Source: Acaryochloridaceae cyanobacterium VAR_48_metabat_390
Lineage (GTDB): Bacteria; Cyanobacteriota; Cyanobacteriia; Thermosynechococcales; Thermosynechococcaceae
DNA length: 52,146 nt
Assembly (NCBI GenBank): GCA_031422435.1
Contig: JANPLU010000084.1
Span: 1-52,146, forward strand
Reading direction: 5' to 3'
Shown here: positions 43,808 to 52,146 of the stretch, piece after piece
How the letters are laid out: every line of letters starts with the position of its first letter
Position numbering within the stretch: the first letter of the stretch is position 1
Notes under the pieces: model-generated
Databases searched by the model: none
What the model was told of the DNA's origin: nothing
Seen by the model: only the letters and a program-made list of their open reading frames with translations
Position numbers and translations under genes: made by a program

Positions 43808-45759
43808 GGCTGCTTTAGCCCAATATCAATCCCAAAGGGCGTAGGCTGCGCATTATCAATGGGTACCACATCAATCTGATAAACCCCTGGCTCTGAGACC
43901 AAAGCTTGCCAGTTCAAAACGTTTTGAGCGCTGTTGAGGGGCTGTCCAGCAGAGTCTCGAATGGTTAAAGTCACGGCCTGATTATCAGTCACTGCGGCGG
44001 AAAGCACCTGCCCTACGGTTGTCGTTACTGTATAGCGCTGAATCTGTGCGGGTGCCAATTGTCCCGTCAAGTGCTGAATCGAACCTTCAGGCGTAAAGGT
44101 GAGCGGGGTAGTCTCAAGGGTGGGAGAAACCTCCGTAGAAGTGGGGGATGGATTGGCAGACACCGAGGGTGTAGCAGTGGGCGATAGAGTTGCTGGTGCT
44201 GGGTTAAAGAGCGCCAGCGTAAGCTGAAACGGCTGAGACTGAGTATCTGAATTCTGTACCTGGATTGCGTAAGTATCGGTTTGCGAGAGAGTGCCCCGCC
44301 AACCTGTCGTTTTTTGGCTATTGCGCCCGACTGGGGTTAAGTCTGATCTCAAAAGACTAAACATGGCACGCTCTCCTGTAAGCGTGGCGGAAAATTTTTC
44401 GTCCATGCTGCCCTCAAATCGGTAGGTTTTGACTTCGTTAGGCTGAAGCGTTTCCTGTACCGTTACAGATTGCCCTGGGGCTAAATCTAGGGTTTTACTA
44501 TAGCTAATAGTATTGCTGGGTGAGGGTTGAGGTGATCGCGTTTGAGCTGGAAATGAGGATACCTTCTTAGGCGGCTCCTTTACCCAAGGACGCAGCATCA
44601 AAAACTGCATCAGCAGCCAGCCAGCCCCTGCCGAAATCAGGGCGGTAGAAAGCCCTGCCGCAACCAGTATCACTGTCTTAGCGCCGCTGCGTTTTGGTCT
44701 AGAGGTAAATGACTGAGGGGCACGATAGACGGCTGGAATAACGGGTTTTTTCGATTTCAGATGCTCTTTCTGCAATTTTTTCGGCGGCTCTGCCACAATT
44801 GTTCGCATCTGTGAAGTTTTGGGCGAGTCTGCGGACAAGGCGGCAAGGGCTGAAGGCGGTTTAAACCCTGTAGATGAGGTAAAAGGCACCGACTGAAGTG
44901 CCTGAAGAACGGCATCGGCAGTGGGATAGCGATCGCTCGGCTTATGAGCCAGCATCTTGTCCAAAATATCTGCCAAACCATCACTGACGGACGTGTGATG
45001 CCTCCAGTGCCAAACTGCGGCTGCGTCGTCAAAAAGCTGAGCGGGTTCTAGCCCCGTCAACAGAACCAAACAGCAGACCGCCAAAGAATATAGGTCACTG
45101 CTGGGGTAAGCGCGACCTGACTGCAGCTGCTCAATCGGAGCAAACCCAAACTTACCTACGGCAGTACCGGAAGGCATCACATTGGTTTGCTGAAGCTGCG
45201 TGACAACGGTTTTAACGACGCCAAAATCAATCAGCACTGGCTTACGATCTTCAGACCGCAGCATTAAATTATCGAGCGAAATATCCCGATGAATAATGCC
45301 CTTACCGTGAATGTATGACAGTACGGGCAGCAGTTGCTTCAGAAACTGGCGCACCTCCTGGACCGAAAAATGCTCTCCCTTTTGAAGTCGCTGTCTAAGA
45401 ACAGTTCGATAGGTTTCTCCTTCAACATAGTCCTGTACCAGAAACAGGCGCTGGGTTTGGTCTAGCGCCTCAGCAAACATTGCCCGAAACTGAGGCACCT
45501 GAGAATGCTCAAGCTGATAGAGCGTTTGAGCTTCGCGCTGAAACAGCTCTTTTGCTTTCTCAAAAATGGTCGCGTCGTTGGAACTAGGGCAAAATTCTTT
45601 GACCACGCAGCATTCCCCAAACCGCCCTTGATCTTCAGCTAAGTAAGTTCGCGCAAAGCCCCCCTCAGCCAGCAGCTTCAGCAGTTGATAGCGACCTTGC
45701 AAAACGGTTTCAGCAGCAATGGGAGACGGCATCCTTTCACCCGTGGCGTTGATATGCAA
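43804..45759 (-). CDS. Hanks-type Ser/Thr protein kinase with TM helix and extracytoplasmic beta-rich (PPC-like) domains
   Basis: GGFARTY, VVKEF, IIHRDIS, LIDFG, SDLYSL; TM about aa 363-388; start may be the internal ATG (MPSPIAA). Confidence 0.9.
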   Translation of the reverse strand: MHINATGERMPSPIAAETVLQGRYQLLKLLAEGGFARTYLAEDQGRFGECCVVKEFCPSSNDATIFEKAKELFQREAQTLYQLEHSQVPQFRAMFAEALDQTQRLFLVQDYVEGETYRTVLRQRLQKGEHFSVQEVRQFLKQLLPVLSYIHGKGIIHRDISLDNLMLRSEDRKPVLIDFGVVKTVVTQLQQTNVMPSGTAVGKFGFAPIEQLQSGRAYPSSDLYSLAVCCLVLLTGLEPAQLFDDAAAVWHWRHHTSVSDGLADILDKMLAHKPSDRYPTADAVLQALQSVPFTSSTGFKPPSALAALSADSPKTSQMRTIVAEPPKKLQKEHLKSKKPVIPAVYRAPQSFTSRPKRSGAKTVILVAAGLSTALISAGAGWLLMQFLMLRPWVKEPPKKVSSFPAQTRSPQPSPSNTISYSKTLDLAPGQSVTVQETLQPNEVKTYRFEGSMDEKFSATLTGERAMFSLLRSDLTPVGRNSQKTTGWRGTLSQTDTYAIQVQNSDTQSQPFQLTLALFNPAPATLSPTATPSVSANPSPTSTEVSPTLETTPLTFTPEGSIQHLTGQLAPAQIQRYTVTTTVGQVLSAAVTDNQAVTLTIRDSAGQPLNSAQNVLNWQALVSEPGVYQIDVVPIDNAQPTPFGIDIGLKQP

Positions 45760-45807
45760 GTCTATCTTATCGCTCCAGACTTTAGTAATAACGCTAGATA
45801 AATGAAA

Positions 45808-45854
45808 AATCTCAAAAGCGAAGCCCGTCAGTGACGGGCTTCGCTTTTGAGATT
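45808..45854. terminator. 23-bp perfect inverted repeat, terminator after thiC
   Basis: aatctcaaaagcgaagcccgtca-g-tgacgggcttcgcttttgagatt. Confidence 0.8.
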
Positions 45855-45871
45855 GACTTATACCTTAAAGC

Positions 45872-47362
<1,491 letters not shown>

Positions 47363-47463
47363 TGAGATCGTAACACCAACATCAAATTTTTCCTAAGTTC
47401 CCTAGCGCTAACGCCGCATCAATGCGACGCTCAAAGGATGCGTTGAGCAATTCTGTATTAATC

Positions 47464-48000
47464 ATGTCTTTTGATTCTGCTGATTTTTCTGAAGTTCCTG
47501 CGGGGCAAACGGCGCTGACGCTAATGCAGCCCACGTTTATTCGCGTGATGGATCATCTCCGTCGAACCTTAGAGAAATCTGCGTGGAAGGGGCAGTACGA
47601 AACGACCCACGCTTGGCCTGAAGGCACAACGCCTGAAGTGAAAGCGGAGGTGCTATGGCTATACGACAAGCTAGAAGGCGCAGCGAAAGTAGATCAGGCA
47701 GATATTGAGTGCCAGTTAGAGGAGCTACCGCAGCCTATTCCGGTTTATCTTTTACATTTAGAAAAAGAGCAGCAAACAAGAACGATTAATGTTTGGGAGC
47801 TGTGCTATCAGATTTGCTTAGAGAGCTATACCCCAGAGATTGAATCTAGGGGCTTTGTGGAGGTTCCGTTAGAGGAGGCAAGGCCAGACCGCTGTTTGTT
47901 TGATGCATCCGGTGAAGTGGATTGGGTACGGCTGGATCAGAAGACGGCGGGTGTGATCCAGGCTGCGTTCCAGTCTCTTGAAAATTCTCATATTGGGTAG
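47464..48000 (+). CDS. Conserved hypothetical cyanobacterial protein
   Basis: LMQPTFIRVMDHLRR..W.G.Y, WELCYQIC, VDW..LDQK; start 47422 or 47464. Confidence 0.7.
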   Translation: MSFDSADFSEVPAGQTALTLMQPTFIRVMDHLRRTLEKSAWKGQYETTHAWPEGTTPEVKAEVLWLYDKLEGAAKVDQADIECQLEELPQPIPVYLLHLEKEQQTRTINVWELCYQICLESYTPEIESRGFVEVPLEEARPDRCLFDASGEVDWVRLDQKTAGVIQAAFQSLENSHIG

Positions 48001-48015
48001 GCTACAGTCCGACAA

Positions 48016-48106
48016 AATCCCCTCCTGGGAGGGGTGCCCGTAGGGCGGGGTGGGTTAGTCAGTAGCGCCATGACTAACCCACCCCTACCCCTACCAGGAG
48101 GGGATT
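48016..48106. repeat. GC-rich branched palindromic repeat (REP/MITE-like)
   Basis: aatcccctcctgg...ccaggaggggatt outer 13-bp IR; ggggtgggttagtca...tgactaacccacccc inner 15-bp IR. Confidence 0.75.
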
Positions 48107-48134
48107 AATGGATCGGAATATGGCAAATATCTTT

Positions 48135-48212
48135 GCTAAAGCCGGAGAGGGCAGGTTTTACCGCAAGCTTCTGTTTGGTATCAGTACGGCTTTAGCTAAA
48201 CCTGCCCCTACA
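48135..48212. repeat. GTAG-type REP-like pair
   Basis: gggcaggttt...aaacctgcccctac plus gctaaagccg...cggctttagc. Confidence 0.6.
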
Positions 48213-48231
48213 GACCTGCCTCTCTGTATCT

Positions 48232-48735
48232 TTATGCTTCGCCTTCGGGGACAAACTTCATGGCTGCACCATTCATGCAGTAGCGTTTGCCTGTGGGGGC
48301 GGGGCCATCATCAAAAACGTGGCCTAAATGACCACCACACTTGCTGCAATGGATTTCGGTGCGAACCATAAAAAATGCGCGATCGACGGTCGATTCAACG
48401 GCATTTTCGATGGGGTCATAAAAACTAGGCCAGCCCGTGCCGCTATTGAATTTAGTGCCTGAGGTAAAGAGTGCTTGACCACATCCTAGGCAGTCATAGG
48501 TGCCCTTTTCGTACTGTTTATCTAGGGGGCTTGTGCCTGCACGTTCTGTACCGTGTTCCCGCAGGACACGGAAGGCTTCTGGAGGAAGGCTTTGTCGCCA
48601 CTCTTCTACGGTTTTTGTGACTTCAAACTGTTTTTGTGAGGCTGCCATAGCGGATGATCTCCTAAACCATTGATTGAGAATAAAAGTAGAACCGAACCAA
48701 GCAAGACCAGCGGTTAGGAAGGTGCGTTTGTTCAT
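48232..48735 (-). CDS. msrB: Peptide-methionine (R)-S-oxide reductase with Tat-like signal
   Basis: GTERA, CxxC twice, GTGWPSF, GHLGHVF.DGP.PTGKRYCMNG; N-terminal KRTFL. Confidence 0.95.
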   Translation of the reverse strand: MNKRTFLTAGLAWFGSTFILNQWFRRSSAMAASQKQFEVTKTVEEWRQSLPPEAFRVLREHGTERAGTSPLDKQYEKGTYDCLGCGQALFTSGTKFNSGTGWPSFYDPIENAVESTVDRAFFMVRTEIHCSKCGGHLGHVFDDGPAPTGKRYCMNGAAMKFVPEGEA

Positions 48736-48843
48736 GAGTTGGGAGTAGTGAGGCTCATTGAAGGCGCTTTATCTATGATGACAAAATTTAGATGAATGAG
48801 GAACCGTCAGAAGGAAGGCTCCTTCGCATTGCCTCAACCATCG

Positions 48844-49905
48844 TTAAGCAGGCTGAAAATGGCTCAGTTTTGACTGAAGTTCAGCAGGTGCAAATACACC
48901 ATGCTCTGTAATAATGCCTGCGATGAGATCGGCGGGGGTTACGTCAAAGGCAGGGTTATAAAACTCCACCCCTGGCGGGCATAACCGCGCTGCGCCCACG
49001 GTATGAATCTCGGACGGATCGCGTTCTTCGATGGGGATGCCGCTACCGTCTACAAGCTGGAAGTCGATGGTAGAAAGGGGAGCCGCTACATAAAAGGGAA
49101 TGTTGTGGGCTTTGGCACAGAGCGCCACGCTATAGGTTCCAATTTTGTTGGCTGCATCGCCATTGGCGGCAATGCGATCGGCACCCACGACTACCACATC
49201 AATTTTGCCAAGCTTCATGCAGTGAGCCGCCATATTATCGGTAATCAGCGTGACGGAGATGCCCTCTTGCACGCATTCCCAGGTTGTGAGCTTTGCCCCC
49301 TGGAGGCGTGGTCGGGTTTCGTCAGCATAAACGCGCTCTAGGCGTTCTGCTGCCCAAGCCGATCGCACCACGCCCAGTGCCGTGCCATACCCTGCCGTTG
49401 CCAATGCGCCTGCATTGCAGTGGGTGAGCAGCCGCAGTTTTTGGGGCGTTTGCGGCAGTATAGACAGGCCATGACGACCAATTTCTTGACAGGTGTGGAG
49501 GTCTTCGGTGGCGATCGCATGGGCTTCATCCAGTAGCCGCGCCTGAATTTGCTCAACGGAGCCAGCGGTCGCTTTAGCTACCTTCATCATGCGGTTGAGT
49601 GACCAAAATAAATTAACAGCCGTAGGGCGAGTGGCGGCAAGGGTCTGAGAAACGCGATCAAGAGACGCAAGAAATTCAACGCGATCGGTTTCAGGAAGCT
49701 CTCGTGCGCCTAAGTACAGGCCGTAGGCGGCAGCAATGCCGATGGCAGGGGCACCGCGCACAATCATGATTTCGATGGCCTCCACCATATCGGCACAGCG
49801 CTTAATTTCTACTACGCTGTATTCAGTTGGCAGTCGGGTTTGATCAATGAGCCGCACATGGTCATTTTGCCAAACCACTGGGTAAATAGAAGTATTTAAC
49901 GTCAT
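48844..49905 (-). CDS. mtnA: S-methyl-5-thioribose-1-phosphate isomerase
   Basis: [50 protein letters not shown]. Confidence 0.96.
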   Translation of the reverse strand: MTLNTSIYPVVWQNDHVRLIDQTRLPTEYSVVEIKRCADMVEAIEIMIVRGAPAIGIAAAYGLYLGARELPETDRVEFLASLDRVSQTLAATRPTAVNLFWSLNRMMKVAKATAGSVEQIQARLLDEAHAIATEDLHTCQEIGRHGLSILPQTPQKLRLLTHCNAGALATAGYGTALGVVRSAWAAERLERVYADETRPRLQGAKLTTWECVQEGISVTLITDNMAAHCMKLGKIDVVVVGADRIAANGDAANKIGTYSVALCAKAHNIPFYVAAPLSTIDFQLVDGSGIPIEERDPSEIHTVGAARLCPPGVEFYNPAFDVTPADLIAGIITEHGVFAPAELQSKLSHFQPA

Positions 49906-49949
49906 GAGACTTGCCCAACCGATAACAGCTAGTGATTATGATAAAGCAG

Positions 49950-50645
49950 CTATTCGCCCATTTCCGCAGTACGGTGATACTTTGTCTCATAAAAGCGAGC
50001 AACGGCCTGCCCCAGCGTAAACAGTAGTGCCGCGTCGCTAGAGGCTCCAATCACAGCCCCTACGCCAGGGATAAGTTCTACAACGGACAAACCCGTCTTA
50101 ATCAGGCTGGTGCCCCCAAAAGACAGTGCATAAATTGCCAGCACTTCTCCCCGTCGGGTGGCATCCTTGAGCGGCAGGTCATAAATTGCCGCAATTCGAT
50201 AAATCATTTCAGCCTGAAGTGAAGAGAGTGCCGCAATATCAACGGCAAACAACACCGCCGCGACGGGGGGCAAAATATTGGTAACAAGTCCTAGCCCTGC
50301 CGCTTTAAGGGTAGCTTCTTGAATGAGCTGCTGCGTCAGCTCTGCCCGCGTCTTTTGGGCATGTTGCTGCCGCAGCAGTTGAACATCCTGAGTCACCTTT
50401 GCAACATCTACTTGACCTAGCGCCGCAGCAAACCATCGCAGCATCGGCAGTTGCGTAACGCTCTTCAGCATAGGATTTTCGGCAAAGGGCGTTACGACCT
50501 GTCCTAATTGCTCGGTGCTTTTCTCCACAAAATTGTGGGCGTTTTGCTGGATATCATCTGCTGTTTTTGCAGTCTGCTGAACTGTTGAGCGCAGGGCTTC
50601 TATAGCAGCATGGGCAGCCTGCTCAAAGGGGTTAGGCGCTGTCAT
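49950..50645 (-). CDS. Hypothetical protein, EcsC/DUF697-like
   Basis: DIAAL..LQAEMIYRIAAIY, IPGVGAVIGA. Confidence 0.65.
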   Translation of the reverse strand: MTAPNPFEQAAHAAIEALRSTVQQTAKTADDIQQNAHNFVEKSTEQLGQVVTPFAENPMLKSVTQLPMLRWFAAALGQVDVAKVTQDVQLLRQQHAQKTRAELTQQLIQEATLKAAGLGLVTNILPPVAAVLFAVDIAALSSLQAEMIYRIAAIYDLPLKDATRRGEVLAIYALSFGGTSLIKTGLSVVELIPGVGAVIGASSDAALLFTLGQAVARFYETKYHRTAEMGE

Positions 50646-50750
50646 AAGTTTTGCGATGAAAAGATTTCAACCCTATTCTACGCAATTCATTACTCCCTTC
50701 TATCAATCAGACTGAATAGATAGGCAGGATTGGGATTACTGGCTGGGGTT

Positions 50751-50862
50751 GGGTTTCGACTCCGTGTTCGACTGAGCGATAGCCGCATTGTCCTGAGCCT
50801 GTCGAAGGGAAGTCTCAACCCTCTCACATACGAGATTTGAGGGTTGAGCGAAGTCGAAACCC
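50751..50862. repeat. TTCGAC-type palindromic repeat carrying nested 25-nt and 24-nt insertions
   Basis: Right arm gagggttgagcgaagtcgaaaccc pairs with a left arm split into gggtttcgactccg + ctcaaccctc by 49 nt. Confidence 0.7.
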
Positions 50863-50880
50863 GCCTCTTAGAGCAGTCCT

Positions 50881-52146
50881 CTAACCTACAGCCGCAGGGG
50901 TTTTACTCAAGAGCTTGAGAATCCGCTCTGCAATCTGAGGGCTGTCTAGCCCTAGGTCTGCCATCGACTCATTCGGTGTCGCATGCTCCACCAAAATATC
51001 GGGCACCCCAATCCGTGTTACTGGAACCACCACATCATGCTCCATCAGCGCTTCTATTAAGCCAGAGCCAAATCCGCCCGTAATACAGCCTTCTTCAAGG
51101 GTGACGACGCGACCAATTTTTTTAGCCAGGGGCACCATTAGCTCAACGTCAAGGGGTTTTGCAAAGCGAGCATTCACCACAGCGGCTCGAATGCCGTGCT
51201 CACTCAAAATTTCAGACACCTGAACTGCAGGGTACACCATCGAACCATAGGCCACAATCAGCAAATCATCGCCTTGGCGGAGCAGTTCTGCCTTACCAAT
51301 GGGCAAAGGCTCCCATCCTTCTTCGAGGAGAGGCGCGCCATAGCCGTTACCGCGCGGGTAGCGCATGGCGATCGGCCCTTCGGTATGGTTAATGCCCGTC
51401 ACCAGCATTCGCTGAAGCTCAGCTTCATCTTTGGGTGCCATCAGCGTCATGTTAGGGATACAGCGCAGATAGGCAATGTCGTACATACCTTGGTGGGTGG
51501 GACCATCCGCACCTACAATTCCGGCTCGATCTAGACAGAAAAAGACGGGCAGGTTTTGAATGCAGACATCGTGAATAATTTGGTCATAGGCACGCTGCAA
51601 GAAGGTGGAGTAAATGGTCACGACGGGACGCAGCCCTTCGCAGGCCATCCCTGCTGCCATGGTGACGGCGTGCTGCTCGGCAATGCCGACATCAAAATAT
51701 TGCTTGGGCAGCTTTGCCTGAAGCTTATCGAGTCCGGTTCCGGTTGCCATTGCCGCAGTGATGCCAACAACGCGAGAGTCGTCCTCGGCAATCTTAATGA
51801 GGGTTTCGGCAAAAACTTTAGAGTAGCTAGGTGCTTTAGGGGTTTTAGCCGCAAGCGCCTTGCCTGTGACGAGGTTAAATGGCGTTTGAGCGTGGTAGCC
51901 AACCTGATCTTTCTCGGCGATCGCATAGCCTTTGCCTTTCACCGTTGCCACATGCACTAGCACAGGGCCAGGGTGCTTGTGTGCTTCTTGAAACGTCGAA
52001 ATCAGCTCTTCTAGGTTGTGCCCGTCGATGGGACCCATGTAGGTAAAGCCCAGTTCTTCAAATACCGCGCCAACCTTAGAAACCGCGAGGCGCTTCATGC
52101 CGCCCTTAAGCCGACCCAGCTCGCCTTTATCTACAAAGGGCAACTG
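50881..52146 (-). CDS. dxs: 1-deoxy-D-xylulose-5-phosphate synthase (5' part outside the window)
   Basis: [53 protein letters not shown]. Confidence 0.96.
   Translation of the reverse strand, partial: QLPFVDKGELGRLKGGMKRLAVSKVGAVFEELGFTYMGPIDGHNLEELISTFQEAHKHPGPVLVHVATVKGKGYAIAEKDQVGYHAQTPFNLVTGKALAAKTPKAPSYSKVFAETLIKIAEDDSRVVGITAAMATGTGLDKLQAKLPKQYFDVGIAEQHAVTMAAGMACEGLRPVVTIYSTFLQRAYDQIIHDVCIQNLPVFFCLDRAGIVGADGPTHQGMYDIAYLRCIPNMTLMAPKDEAELQRMLVTGINHTEGPIAMRYPRGNGYGAPLLEEGWEPLPIGKAELLRQGDDLLIVAYGSMVYPAVQVSEILSEHGIRAAVVNARFAKPLDVELMVPLAKKIGRVVTLEEGCITGGFGSGLIEALMEHDVVVPVTRIGVPDILVEHATPNESMADLGLDSPQIAERILKLLSKTPAAVG

Overview
Cyanobacterial chromosomal window: the HIP1 octamer GCGATCGC is abundant (about 40 copies by eye), petN is present, and the gene set is typically cyanobacterial. 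Most of it is housekeeping: CDF transporter, Ski2/HelY helicase, a pil/hmp-type chemosensory operon (cheY-cheW-MCP-cheA), petN, argS, mpg, dusA, SNF2 helicase, rbp, ABC1 kinase, purA, lpdA, ribBA, argC, exbB/exbD, Ser/Thr kinase, thiC with TPP riboswitch, msrB, mtnA and a partial dxs. The main accessory feature is a complete-looking lasso peptide (RiPP) cluster on the minus strand at 28945-35072, ordered RRE(B1)-peptidase(B2)-cyclase(C)-precursor(A)-HPr-kinase-like kinase-ABC exporter. Its 55-aa precursor (31866-32033) is absent from the supplied ORF track and was read by hand. It predicts an Ala1-Asp9 ring, a 32-aa core and no C-terminal Ser for the kinase. Other observations: a 170-bp MITE-like element at the exporter stop codon, a triply nested short-repeat element, an AT-rich gene broken by one nonsense codon, and an uncalled small membrane-protein ORF between petN and argS.
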